DNA of 64,000 nt, from NCBI GenBank assembly GCA_047601445.1, contig JASGJH010000001.1, forward strand, positions 7,200,001-7,264,000, given 5' to 3'. This document shows positions 43,724 through 55,247 of the stretch, in pieces. Each line of letters opens with the position of its first letter. Within the stretch, counting starts at the first letter, position 1. Source of the DNA: Myxococcales bacterium. GTDB taxonomy: Bacteria > Myxococcota_A > Polyangia > Polyangiales > DASUME01. The notes below the pieces were generated by a model. It was not told the DNA's origin, searched no databases, and saw only the letters and a list, made by a program, of their open reading frames with translations. The position numbers were made by a program, and so were the translations under genes.

Positions 43724-44902
43724 ATGGGATCGAAATTACTTGGCTTCGTGGCTGGTTTTGCGGGTGTGACCGCACTCACGTCGGCAGCATTCGCGCAATC
43801 GGGTGTCTCGCCCACTTGTACGACGGATGACGAATGTCCCTCAGGGCAGTGGTGCGCGGGCGACCCTTCGGCCCCGGACAAGCCGGTGCCAGAGCCTGCG
43901 CCAGCGAGTGGGACCACGCCGCAGGCGACCCGCGCCGCGATCGTGGCGCCCACCGATCCCAGCACCACGGGCGCGACCTGTCAGGCCATCCCCGAGGGCG
44001 TCTGTGAGAGCGACTCGGATTGCGATCATGGCTTCGAGTGCGTCAAGGCCCAGAGCAGCGGCGGCTGCGCACCGGCCCCGAACGGCGGCGTGCCAGCCTG
44101 CGACACGACCGTGACCACGGCCCGCTACGGCTCGTGCACGCTGAAGCCCATTGCTTGCGACGTCGACTCCGACTGTCCGAATGGCTTGAGCTGTGTGGCC
44201 GTTAGCGACGGCGATGTGACCTGCTCCAGCAATGACCCTGAGTGCACGGGGAGCGGGAGCACGGGCAGCGCGGGCAGCAGCAGCGGGAGCACGGGCAGCG
44301 GTAGCGTCACGCCCACCACCAAGGCCGTGGAGAAGTACTGCAACTACCAGCCGCCTTCCTGCAGCGACAACTCCGACTGTGCCACCGACTACGAGTGCTG
44401 GGTCTCCACGGCGAAGGAGTGCAGCGGCGGTGCGAGTGACCCGGTGGCCGTGGACTGCAGCCCCGGCGTGAATTGCGTGGAGCAGCCCGCTCCGGCGGAC
44501 TCCTGCCAGACCGTGAGCACTGGCTACTGCGTGCCCAAGCAAATGCCTTGCAACGCGGACGCCCAGTGTCCCACTGACTACGTTTGCTACCAGCTGAGCG
44601 CCGAGCAAGTGCCGGACATCTGGCAGACCAGCGGCGATGTGCAGACCTGCTTGCCGGAGGGCATCGCGCTGTACGCTGAATACGCAGGGCGTGATCTCGG
44701 CAGCGATGAAGACGCCAGCAGCGGAGACTCCGACGAGGATCCCACCGGAGCGCCTCAGCTGGGCAACGCCAAGGGCCCGAATGGGCACGGCGACGGCAGC
44801 GCGTGCAGTGTGCGCTCGGGCCACGAGGGCTCGAGCTGGCTGCTGAGTGCGGTCGGTTTACTCGGGCTTGCCCTGGTGCGCCGTCGCCGTCAGCGCACCT
44901 GA
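43724..44902 (+). CDS. Cys-rich cell-surface protein with MYXO-CTERM sorting signal
   Basis: Signal peptide; five C..D.(D/E/Q)C units; C-terminal GSACSV...WLLSAVGLLGLALVRRRR. Confidence 0.85.
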   Translation: MGSKLLGFVAGFAGVTALTSAAFAQSGVSPTCTTDDECPSGQWCAGDPSAPDKPVPEPAPASGTTPQATRAAIVAPTDPSTTGATCQAIPEGVCESDSDCDHGFECVKAQSSGGCAPAPNGGVPACDTTVTTARYGSCTLKPIACDVDSDCPNGLSCVAVSDGDVTCSSNDPECTGSGSTGSAGSSSGSTGSGSVTPTTKAVEKYCNYQPPSCSDNSDCATDYECWVSTAKECSGGASDPVAVDCSPGVNCVEQPAPADSCQTVSTGYCVPKQMPCNADAQCPTDYVCYQLSAEQVPDIWQTSGDVQTCLPEGIALYAEYAGRDLGSDEDASSGDSDEDPTGAPQLGNAKGPNGHGDGSACSVRSGHEGSSWLLSAVGLLGLALVRRRRQRT

Positions 44903-44923
44903 ATTTCAGCAGTCAGAAAGTCG

Positions 44924-44956
44924 CGCCGGGGCCGTGTGGTCTCGGCGTTTTCTTTT
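44924..44956 (+). terminator. Rho-independent terminator
   Basis: cgccggggcc-gtgt-ggtctcggcg stem (with G-U pairs) followed by ttttctttt. Confidence 0.75.
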
Positions 44957-44989
44957 CTCGAGGTGCGTGAGGCGGTTGCGGAGCGTGGC

Positions 44990-45454
44990 TCAGCGCTCCG
45001 ACTGAAGGGCCGCCGTAAAGGCGCGCGCCTTGTCGCCCTGGGGCGCATGTCGACTCGCGAGCTCCTGCAGGTCGCGGACGAGCTCCTTGAGCGCCGCGCG
45101 CGACGGCGGAGCGGGGACGTCGGCCCGATCACAGAAGAACGTACGGCAGCCGAGGGGACGCGCCGCATAGATCGCGCAACGACCCGAGGGGGCGAGCAGC
45201 GGGCAGGTGCGTTCGTCGCGCACGCCCGGGCGCGCGAGGGGCAGGGCGCGCTTCTTGGGCAGACCGCCGCCGCGGGCCGAGAGCGCGCGGCGCACGAGCG
45301 CGAGCTCGATGGAGGTCACTTGCGGCTCGCGACCCGTGATCCCGAAGCGGCAGCACTCGGTCGACATGCCACAGGTGGCGCCCGCGTAGAGCGTATCGGC
45401 GCGCGTGTACAGTTGCTCGAGCTCGGCTAGCAGTTCGTCTTCGCGGGCGCGCAC
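44990..45454 (-). CDS. YkgJ-family cysteine cluster protein
   Basis: C....ECC, CPLL, C.IY..RP..CR.F.C. Confidence 0.88.
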   Translation of the reverse strand: MRAREDELLAELEQLYTRADTLYAGATCGMSTECCRFGITGREPQVTSIELALVRRALSARGGGLPKKRALPLARPGVRDERTCPLLAPSGRCAIYAARPLGCRTFFCDRADVPAPPSRAALKELVRDLQELASRHAPQGDKARAFTAALQSER

Positions 45455-45478
45455 GGCTGTTGTCCTCGCAGCGCGCCG

Positions 45479-45631
45479 TCAGTCGCCGCGCGTGAAGCCG
45501 AAGTAGAACGCGGCGCCCAGCAAGATGATGGTCACGAGGCAGCCGATGCCGAGGGCCAGGGCGTCGGCCTTGCTGGGCGCATCGGAGCCGTCCTTGGGGG
45601 GACCGGGGTTCTTGTCGAGGGGTGCGTTCAT
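45479..45631 (-). CDS. Small single-TM membrane protein (50 aa), not in the ORF track
   Basis: GGGAGG RBS; MNAPLDKNPGPPKDGSDAPSKADALALGIGCLVTIILLGAAFYFGFTRGD; GC3-rich codons. Confidence 0.7.
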   Translation of the reverse strand: MNAPLDKNPGPPKDGSDAPSKADALALGIGCLVTIILLGAAFYFGFTRGD

Positions 45632-45661
45632 GGGCCTCCCTTTACCACGCCGTGTGCGTCG

Positions 45662-46591
45662 TCAACGCAGGAAGAAGCGCGGATCGTCCGGGCGCAGGTC
45701 GAGGTGGAAGTGGTCGCGGTGGCCCGCGTTGTAGTTCGGGGTCAGCACCGACGAGAAGAGCTGGCTCTTGGCCAGGTCACACGCGATGGCGAGCATCACT
45801 CTTCCCTCCGGCGTGCTGGGTTGGCCCTCGCAGGTGTAGGCGTCCGGGGTCATCTCGAAGTGCTTGGCCACGATCAGCATGTCGTTCGCGCGCACGCTGG
45901 CTCGCTTGCTCATCTCGAAGGCTGCGATATCGAGCGCCAGGCCGAAGGTGTGGAAGCTGGTGCGCGGCTGATCGCGATAGGAGGAGTTCACCAGCGCGCT
46001 GCGCACGCCGTGGGCCTTGAGGATGCGGGCCAGGGCAGGCAAGCGCGCCGCCAGCTCGCAGCTGATTTCAATCTGCCGATCGAGGTGGGCCGAGATGAAG
46101 CTCACGCCACCGATGGGCGTGGGGCCGAGCTGCACCAGGGTCGGCACCGGTGTGGTGAGGTCGCGGACGATGGGGGTCGCCTCCACGTGGTCCCGCGCCA
46201 GCGCTCGTAGGCAGCCTTCCTCTTTGCGGATCGACCAGACCTGCTCGGGATTGACCGACCAGGAGGCCCCCGGAACCTCGCTGCGATACTTTCGGAAGCT
46301 GCGTACGCGTTGAGCGATGGTGCGCGCCGCGACGCCTGCTGGATCGCTGGCCGGCGCCAAGAAGCGCCGCGGACGGGCCGGGTCGGGCGGTGCCTCCGGG
46401 ACGGGCAAACTGCTGATCACGAAGGGCACCGGCGCAGAGGCTTCCGGTGCGGTCTCGGCGGCGTCGAGGGAGGCCGCGGGCGAGCTCAGGCTGGGCAAGA
46501 GGGGCGCGTCGGCCCCGGCCAGAGAAGCCATCGACAAGCCAAGGATCGAACCCAACACAGCGCCTCGGAACTTCGACACGTCACTGAGCAT
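45662..46591 (-). CDS. Extensin-like C-terminal domain protein (possible M15-type peptidoglycan metallopeptidase fold)
   Basis: Signal peptide; SSYR, SFH..GLALDI, LTPNYN..HRDHFHLD. Confidence 0.8.
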   Translation of the reverse strand: MLSDVSKFRGAVLGSILGLSMASLAGADAPLLPSLSSPAASLDAAETAPEASAPVPFVISSLPVPEAPPDPARPRRFLAPASDPAGVAARTIAQRVRSFRKYRSEVPGASWSVNPEQVWSIRKEEGCLRALARDHVEATPIVRDLTTPVPTLVQLGPTPIGGVSFISAHLDRQIEISCELAARLPALARILKAHGVRSALVNSSYRDQPRTSFHTFGLALDIAAFEMSKRASVRANDMLIVAKHFEMTPDAYTCEGQPSTPEGRVMLAIACDLAKSQLFSSVLTPNYNAGHRDHFHLDLRPDDPRFFLR

Positions 46592-46876
46592 TTTCGCAGA
46601 GCCTGGGCTCTCACGCGAGAACTCGAGCGAATCCCCATGCCCTTGCGAGGGGACCATGTACGATTTTCTCCGGCGATCGCCTGCTATCCCAGCTTTGCAG
46701 CCGCGGCGCCTGCGCGAGCCGCAGCGCGATCGCGATTTTGCGGCCTTGATCGCACCGAAGCGCACACGCGCAGGTCTGCGCCGAGCTTGCGAACGCGGTT
46801 GTCTCTGGTTGCGCGCGGCGCTCCCAGCGGTGCTCGTGTTCTGGGACAATTGCGCGAAAACCACGGAAAAATCGAC

Positions 46877-48727
<1,851 letters not shown>

Positions 48728-48750
48728 GGCCGCGCCTTCCCGGCAGATGA

Positions 48751-49785
48751 CTAGGAGGCCTGGAGCGCCGGCGGCGGCAGCGTGGAAAGCGTGAGCTCGC
48801 CGCGGTACTGCGCCGGCGTGCGCCCCGTCCAGCGCTTGAACGCGCGGTGGAAGGCGCTCGGCTCCGAGAACCCCAGCAACTCGGCGGTCTGCTTGATGCA
48901 GCTATCGGGGCGCCGCAGGTCCCGGCAAGCCAGGCGACAGCGGGCCTCGTCGATCAACGCGGAGAGCGGCTCGCCCTCGGCGCTCAAACGGCGGCGCAGC
49001 GCGCGCGGCGTGAGGTTCACCTTGCGCGCCAGGCCGATGGTGTCGATCTGCGCCAGGTCCCGCTCCGCCGAGAGCAGCGCGCGCACGCGGTTGGCCAGGT
49101 TGGTGCCGTGGACGCGCTCGGCCAGCAGGCGCTCGGCGCTCTCCTGGTACAGCGTGCACATGGCGTGGTCGCTGTGAAGCTGGGGCGTGTCGAGCAGGGC
49201 GCGTGGGAACACGATGGTGTTGCTGGCCTGTCCGAAGCGTACGGGAGCATGGAAGACGCGCTCGTACTCGGCCGCGTAGACGGGAGCCACATGGCGGAAC
49301 CAGATCTCTACCGGGCCCGAGTCCACGCGGTGCGTAAAGTGCGATCCGATGCTGTTGACCATGGCCAGCACGAACTCGGCGCTGTAGCGCGCGATGTGGG
49401 CGGGCATGTCGCAGTCGAACGTGAAGTAGGCGAGGGCACCGTGCTCCTCGAGCTCGAAGCTCCCGCCCTCGGTCACCAGGTTTTCGTAGCGCTGGAACAG
49501 ACGGAACGCGTCGCGGATGGTGCGGCACGAGACCAGCACGTTGCCCACCACCTGCAGCATTTCTTCCGGGGCCTTGGAGCCGACGTGCAGCGCGATGGCA
49601 GGGTTGCGCGCCAGGGATACCGCCTTGGTCACGACCGTGAACACCGTCTCGACAGGCAAGGTGCTGCGAAAGTCCGAGAGGCGCTGGGCCGTCAGGCCGC
49701 ACTCGTGCAGTGCTCGGTCCGTGTCGATGCCAGCGCGCTTTAGCTCGTGGAGTATCCCTCTAAGGACAACGACGGAAATAAGCAT
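48751..49785 (-). CDS. AraC-family transcriptional regulator (OruR/VirS-like N-terminal domain)
   Basis: R.LRRRL..EG, A..LGFSEPSAFHRAFKRWTG.TP..YR. Confidence 0.92.
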   Translation of the reverse strand: MLISVVVLRGILHELKRAGIDTDRALHECGLTAQRLSDFRSTLPVETVFTVVTKAVSLARNPAIALHVGSKAPEEMLQVVGNVLVSCRTIRDAFRLFQRYENLVTEGGSFELEEHGALAYFTFDCDMPAHIARYSAEFVLAMVNSIGSHFTHRVDSGPVEIWFRHVAPVYAAEYERVFHAPVRFGQASNTIVFPRALLDTPQLHSDHAMCTLYQESAERLLAERVHGTNLANRVRALLSAERDLAQIDTIGLARKVNLTPRALRRRLSAEGEPLSALIDEARCRLACRDLRRPDSCIKQTAELLGFSEPSAFHRAFKRWTGRTPAQYRGELTLSTLPPPALQAS

Positions 49786-50125
49786 GTGTGCACCCTTTGA
49801 GTCTAAGCGCGCGGGTCGCGCGCGGGCCGAACCGAAGAGGCGCGCGGGGCATATCCGCGAGCACATAAGGAGCGCGTCGAACGCACGCGCTTGCAGCAAG
49901 AGGCCAACCAAAGCCAGGTACCAAGCTGTACCCGGAGTCGAGACTAAGTGAATTGGTCCAACAGGTTCAAGAGAGATTGCCCTACATGAACGCTGGCCCA
50001 CAACCCTGTAGGCCACCGACGCAGCACCATGGGAATTGTCCGTTCTGATGGGAACTAGAAAGGCACTTAGGTGAGAGCTTTCCCACCGTTGACGGTCCCC
50101 GAGGGCTTCTGCAAGGGTGCTTCCG

Positions 50126-51307
50126 ATGTCCGATTACCCGCCTAGTCGGCTCGCCGAATTCCGGCGTGGGACCGCCCGCTATACCCCGATTTCGCGGCTG
50201 GCCGCGGGGGGAATGGGCGAGGTCTGGCGTGGCGAGGCCTGCTTCCCGGACGGGCACGTCGAGGAGGTCGCCATCAAGCGCGTCGTGCCTCACCTCGCCA
50301 ACAACGAGCTCTATCGAAGCATGCTCGAGGATGAGGCGCGCCTGGGCATGCTGCTGCGTCACCCCAACATCGTGCGGGTCTACGATGCACGCGATCAGGG
50401 GTCGTTCATCCTGGTGATGGAGTACGTGGAGGGCCGCTCGCTGAGCCAGCTCCTGCAGGGGCACCTGGCCAACCAGGCGTCTTTGCCGGTAGCGGTCTCG
50501 CTGCACGTGGCCCGCGAAGTCGCACGCGCCCTCGAGCATGCGCACAACGCGATCGACGAGTTGGGCCGCGAGCTCCACATCATCCACGGCGATCTATCGC
50601 CCCACAACGTGCTGACCAGCGTGCACGGGGACGTGAAGCTGATGGACTTCGGCCTGGCGCGCGCCTCCGCCAATCACGTGGTGCGCGACCCCAACAAGTT
50701 GAGCGGCAAGTGGGGGTATTTGGCGCCGGAGCTGGTGTTGCATCGTGAGGTCAGTCAGCTCAACGACGTGTTCGCCCTGGGCATCGTGTTGTGGGAGTGC
50801 TTGAGCGGGCGGCGCCTGTTCACCGCGCGTAGCTACGCCGAAAGCCGCGACTTGCTCAAGCACTGTGCGGTGGTCTCGCCGGTGCACCACAACCCGGCCG
50901 TCACCCCCGAGATCGCGCGGCTCACCGAGGTGGCCCTGGCGCGGGAGCCGGCTCAGCGCTTTCGCAGCGCGGCAGCCTTCGGGGCAGCGCTAGACAGCAT
51001 CATCGAAACCTTGGAACCCGGCATCTGTGCGCAGCAGACGGCCGACCTCGTGTGCAAACACCTGGGCATCGCGCGCAAACAGCGCGAGACCGCACGGCGC
51101 CCGGGCCTGTACTCGCCCGCGCCCAGCCAGGGCGTGCTGCGGCTTTCGGACGCGGAGCTCGAGGACTTCTTCGCGAACTGCGACACCACGGTCTACCAGC
51201 GCATCACGCCCTCGGCGGTTCCCCCTCCGCCCGGCCTCGATGCGTTCGTGGTGGAGTGCGATACGCGCCTGTTGCGACGCCCGCGCGACGCCAGTCCGCT
51301 GCTCTGA
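50126..51307 (+). CDS. Cytoplasmic Ser/Thr protein kinase
   Basis: AGGMGEV, VAIK, HPNIV, HGDLSPHN, DFG, YLAPE. Confidence 0.9.
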   Translation: MSDYPPSRLAEFRRGTARYTPISRLAAGGMGEVWRGEACFPDGHVEEVAIKRVVPHLANNELYRSMLEDEARLGMLLRHPNIVRVYDARDQGSFILVMEYVEGRSLSQLLQGHLANQASLPVAVSLHVAREVARALEHAHNAIDELGRELHIIHGDLSPHNVLTSVHGDVKLMDFGLARASANHVVRDPNKLSGKWGYLAPELVLHREVSQLNDVFALGIVLWECLSGRRLFTARSYAESRDLLKHCAVVSPVHHNPAVTPEIARLTEVALAREPAQRFRSAAAFGAALDSIIETLEPGICAQQTADLVCKHLGIARKQRETARRPGLYSPAPSQGVLRLSDAELEDFFANCDTTVYQRITPSAVPPPPGLDAFVVECDTRLLRRPRDASPLL

Positions 51308-51315
51308 TAGACGGG

Positions 51316-51494
51316 GAGGTCACGCGACCTCCCCGCCCGTCGCGGCAAAGCCGCGCCGGGACCCACCCCACCGCGAGGTTCGCTGCGCTCACGGTGCACC
51401 CGTCTGTTCACGAAAGAGGTCACGCGACCTCCCCGCCGGTCGCGGCAAAGCCGCGCCGGGACCCACCCCACCGCGAGGTTCGCTGCGCTCACGG
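51316..51494 (+). repeat. Two 79-bp REP-like direct repeats, 100-bp period
   Basis: 51316-51394 and 51416-51494 differ at one base; internal hairpin gaggtc-acgc-gacctc. Confidence 0.92.
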
Positions 51495-51592
51495 GAGTAC
51501 GCCTGCGCCGCTTGACTGGCCCACTTGGGTCGTGCGCGAGCGGAAGCGTGGGGCTTGCCTGAAGCAGGGCGAGACCTCAAGTTCGCCCCGCC

Positions 51593-53215
51593 ATGATTCG
51601 CCTCGATTCCATCTGCAAGCAGCACGGACGGCAGATCCTCTTCCTCGACGCCTCGATGAGCCTCTTTCGCGGGGAAAAGGTCGGGCTGGTTGGGCCCAAC
51701 GGCTCGGGCAAGAGCACGATCTTCAGGCTGATCGTGCGGCAGGAGCAGGCCGACGCGGGGCAGGTGGTGGTCGATCGCGGCGTGACCATCGGCTACTTCG
51801 ACCAGAACGTGGGCGAGATGAAGGGACGCACCGTGGTCGAGGAGACCATGGCGGGGGCCGGTGAGATCGCCCAGGTCGCGCACGAGCTGCACGAACTGAC
51901 ACACGCGCTCGCGGATCCCGAGCGGGCCCACGAGCTCGATCAACTGGTGGAGCGCTTCGGTACGGTGCAAGCACGCTTCGACGAGCTCGGTGGCTATGGC
52001 CTGGAGAGCTCGGCGCGCGAGATCCTGGCCGGCCTCGGCTTTGCGCCCGAGAGCGTCGACGACGACGTGGGCAAGCTCTCCGGTGGTTGGAAGATGCGAG
52101 TGGCCCTGGCGCGCATCCTGTTGATGAAGCCCGATGTGCTCTTGCTCGACGAGCCCACCAACCACCTGGACATCGAGTCCATCCTCTGGCTCGAGCAGTT
52201 TCTGCGCAGCTTCGAGGGCGGGCTCATCATGACCTCGCACGATCGCGAGTTCATGAACCGGCTGGTGACCAAGATCGTGGAGATCGACTCGGGCGAGCTC
52301 ACCAGCTACACGGGCAACTTCGACTTCTACCTCAAGCAGCGGGCCATCGCCGAGTCGCAGAAGGAGGCGCAGTTCGAGCGCCAACAGGCGATGCTGGCCA
52401 AGGAAGAGGCGTTCATCGCGCGCTTCAAGGCGCGCGCCAGCCACGCGGCGCAGGTGCAATCGCGGGTGAAGAAGCTCGAGAAAATCGAGCGCGTGGAGCC
52501 GCCCCGTCAGCGCAAGGTGGTGGAGTTCGACTTTCCCAAGCCGGCACGCTCGGGAGAAGACGTGGCCAAGCTGGAGAGCGTGAGCAAGCGCTGGGGCGTG
52601 CGCACCATCTACGACAGCCTCGACCTGTTGGTGCGGCGCAAGGAGCGCTGGTGCGTGATGGGCGTGAACGGCGCGGGCAAGAGCACGCTGCTCAAATTGG
52701 TGACGGGAGACGCCGCGCCCGACACTGGGCAGGTGACGCTGGGGGCCAGCGTGAAGCTCGGCTACTTCGCGCAGCACGCCATGGATCTGATCGACGGTGA
52801 CGACACGGTGCTGGAGACCCTGACCAAGGCGTTCCCGCGCGCCTCGTCGGCCTCGCTGCGCACCTTGCTCGGGGCCTTCGGCTTCTCGGGAGACGATGTG
52901 GAGAAGCGCTGCCGTGTGCTCTCCGGGGGGGAGAAGGCGCGCGTGGTGCTGTCGCGCATGATGTTCGACCCGCCCAACTTCTTGGTACTCGACGAGCCCA
53001 CCAACCATCTGGATATGGAGACCAAGGAGATGCTGGTGAAGGCGCTCTCGGACTTCGAGGGCACCATGCTCTTCGTGTCCCACGACCGGCACTTCCTCTC
53101 GGCGCTCTCCAATCGCGTGCTCGAGCTGACCCCAGGTGGAGGCGTGCACGCCTACGGCGGCGGCTACACGGAATACGTCGCGCAGACCGGGCGCGAGGCC
53201 CCGGTGGTGACCTGA
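51593..53215 (+). CDS. ABC-F family ATP-binding protein
   Basis: Two NBDs (GPNGSGKS/LSGGW/DEPTNHLD; GVNGAGKS/LSGGE/DEPTNHLD), no TM. Confidence 0.95.
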   Translation: MIRLDSICKQHGRQILFLDASMSLFRGEKVGLVGPNGSGKSTIFRLIVRQEQADAGQVVVDRGVTIGYFDQNVGEMKGRTVVEETMAGAGEIAQVAHELHELTHALADPERAHELDQLVERFGTVQARFDELGGYGLESSAREILAGLGFAPESVDDDVGKLSGGWKMRVALARILLMKPDVLLLDEPTNHLDIESILWLEQFLRSFEGGLIMTSHDREFMNRLVTKIVEIDSGELTSYTGNFDFYLKQRAIAESQKEAQFERQQAMLAKEEAFIARFKARASHAAQVQSRVKKLEKIERVEPPRQRKVVEFDFPKPARSGEDVAKLESVSKRWGVRTIYDSLDLLVRRKERWCVMGVNGAGKSTLLKLVTGDAAPDTGQVTLGASVKLGYFAQHAMDLIDGDDTVLETLTKAFPRASSASLRTLLGAFGFSGDDVEKRCRVLSGGEKARVVLSRMMFDPPNFLVLDEPTNHLDMETKEMLVKALSDFEGTMLFVSHDRHFLSALSNRVLELTPGGGVHAYGGGYTEYVAQTGREAPVVT

Positions 53216-53284
53216 ACGGCTGAGCTCCCCCCGGCCCTCCCCGTGAAAAGGGCGGGTCTCCAGTCCGCGTGGTATGAAGGCCGC

Positions 53285-54517
53285 GTGCCGGAGCAAGCCT
53301 CTTCCAGCGCCGACCAAGATGATGTTCGTCTGCGCATTCCAGAGCTTGCGGGTAGGGCGCGCACGCGCCGACTGCTCGCTGTGCTCGCGCTGCTCGCCCT
53401 CGTGGGCGGTGGCCTCGCGTATTACTTGCGCCCCAAGCCGCCTGAAGAGGTGTTTCGGACCTTCCCGGTGGTCCGTAAGACCCTGGTGCAGCTCGTGGAG
53501 GCCGCCGGACGCGTCGATGCCCGCAGCCGCGTAGACGTGTCCACGCCCGTGGCAGGTCGCATCACGGCGTTGCACGCGGTGGAAGGGCAACTGGTGAAGG
53601 CCGGTGAGCTTCTCGCGGACCTGGACGCGCGAGCGAGTGCGCTGGCAGTGCGCGGTGCCCAGGCGTCGGCTTCGGCCGCAGCGGGCCGTCTGTCGCAAGC
53701 GCGGGCCCAGCTCGCGGAGGCCGAGCGTAGCCTGGAGCGCGCCCGCACCTTGTTCGACCGCGACCTCGCGAGTCGGGAGGACGTGAGCAACGCGGAGTTC
53801 GCGCGCGCCAAGGCGCAGGCCTCGCTGCAGGCTGCTCAGGGTGAAGCCAGCGTGGCGGGCGAGAGCGTGGCCTCGGCGCAGCTCGAGAAGAACATGAGCC
53901 GCATCGAAGCGCCCGCGGACGGCGTGATCTTGCGCGCCCCCGACCGCGTCGGCGCTGTGGTGTCGCCCGAGGCAGGGCCGGTGTTCGTGATCGGGGAGCC
54001 TTTGACCACGGTCCGCATCGATGCCTCGGTGAGCGAGACCGACGTGGCGCGCGTGAAGGTCGGCGCTGCGGCACAGGTCGAAGTCGATGCCGTCCCGGGC
54101 CGCGTCTACAACGGTCGCGTCGAGCGCGTGGGCATCGACGCCAATCGCGTGGAAGGCGCGGTGCTCTATCCGGTGGTGCTGTCGGTGGACAACCCGGACC
54201 GCACGCTGCTCCCCGGCATGACGGCGCGCGTGAAGATGGAAGTTGCCCGCGCGGAAAACGTGTTGGCAGTGCACGAGGCTTCTCTGCGCTACACGCCCAC
54301 GGGCGCCGACCCGGCTTCTCCGCGTTCGCGCGTGTGGAAGCGCATGGGGCCGGCCGAGGTGGAACCCGTCTCCGTGCGCACATCGGTCTCCGATGGCGTG
54401 TACACGCAGGTGGATCTCGCAGAGGGCGCGCAGCTCAAGGAAGGGGACGCGCTGGCGGTCGGGCTCCTGCATCCGGAGTCGAGCAATGCGCCGCGCGTGA
54501 CGCTGGGCGGGAAGTAG
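53285..54517 (+). CDS. Efflux periplasmic adaptor subunit (MacA-like)
   Basis: N-terminal TM, lipoyl-hairpin architecture, IEAP.DG, L.PGMTA; start uncertain. Confidence 0.9.
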   Translation: MPEQASSSADQDDVRLRIPELAGRARTRRLLAVLALLALVGGGLAYYLRPKPPEEVFRTFPVVRKTLVQLVEAAGRVDARSRVDVSTPVAGRITALHAVEGQLVKAGELLADLDARASALAVRGAQASASAAAGRLSQARAQLAEAERSLERARTLFDRDLASREDVSNAEFARAKAQASLQAAQGEASVAGESVASAQLEKNMSRIEAPADGVILRAPDRVGAVVSPEAGPVFVIGEPLTTVRIDASVSETDVARVKVGAAAQVEVDAVPGRVYNGRVERVGIDANRVEGAVLYPVVLSVDNPDRTLLPGMTARVKMEVARAENVLAVHEASLRYTPTGADPASPRSRVWKRMGPAEVEPVSVRTSVSDGVYTQVDLAEGAQLKEGDALAVGLLHPESSNAPRVTLGGK

Positions 54518-54521
54518 CGTC

Positions 54522-55247
54522 ATGGTGGATGCTGCCCGCGTCGACAAGCTGATCGAGGTGCGCGGCCTGCACAAGGTGTACATGCAGGACACGCTCGAGG
54601 TGCCCGTGCTGTCGGGCATCGAGCTCAGCATCGGCAAGGGCGAAGTGGTGGCGCTGGTGGGGCCGAGCGGATCCGGCAAGTCCACCTTGCTCAACCTACT
54701 CGGGTGTCTGGACCGGCCTACCTCCGGCCACTATTTTCTCGGCGGCCGCGACGTGTCGCTGCTGACGCGCGCCGAGCAAGCCTGGGTGCGCCTGCACTAT
54801 CTGGGCTTCGTGTTCCAGGGCTTCCATCTGCTGCCCACGGCCAGCGCGCTCGAGAACGTGGCGCTGCCGCTCTTCTACGCGGGCGTGGACAAGAGGGAGC
54901 GCGAGGAGCGCGCCCGCGTGTTGCTCACGCGGGTGGGGCTCGGTGAGCGCTGCGACCATCGGCCGAACCAGCTCTCGGGCGGTCAGCGTCAGCGTGTGGC
55001 CATCGCGCGTGCCCTGGCGAATCGACCGCGCCTCTTGTTGGCCGACGAGCCCACGGGTGCGCTCGACCAGCACAGCGGCGAAGAAGTGCTCGGGCTGCTC
55101 GACGAGCTGCACAACGAAACCGGGCTCAGCATGTTGATCGTGACCCACGACGCCAAGGTCGCGCGCACCGCCAAGCGCGTGATCGTCCTGCGCGATGGGC
55201 GGATCATTCGGGATCAGCCAGGAGGCGCCGATGCGATCCTCGATTAA
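54522..55247 (+). CDS. ABC transporter ATP-binding subunit (MacB/LolD-like)
   Basis: GPSGSGKST, LSGGQRQR, ADEPTGALD, VTHD. Confidence 0.95.
   Translation: MVDAARVDKLIEVRGLHKVYMQDTLEVPVLSGIELSIGKGEVVALVGPSGSGKSTLLNLLGCLDRPTSGHYFLGGRDVSLLTRAEQAWVRLHYLGFVFQGFHLLPTASALENVALPLFYAGVDKREREERARVLLTRVGLGERCDHRPNQLSGGQRQRVAIARALANRPRLLLADEPTGALDQHSGEEVLGLLDELHNETGLSMLIVTHDAKVARTAKRVIVLRDGRIIRDQPGGADAILD

Noticed and set aside
43724..44902. traA kin-recognition gene
   Set aside because: No recognisable N-terminal variable PA14-like domain and no downstream traB.
51316..51494. Possible CRISPR mini-array
   Set aside because: Only two 79-bp units with a 21-bp spacer, no cas genes, and a dispersed inverted copy elsewhere; this fits a REP-like repeat.
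51593..53215. Antibiotic-resistance ABC-F
   Set aside because: Nothing distinguishes it from housekeeping ABC-F proteins without a phylogeny.
51389..54694. 1101-aa minus-strand ORF (also 9837-11792 +, 33497-35659 +, 42069-43775 -, 55893-57602 -)
   Set aside because: Antisense shadows of well-supported genes, as expected in high-GC DNA; no recognisable motifs.
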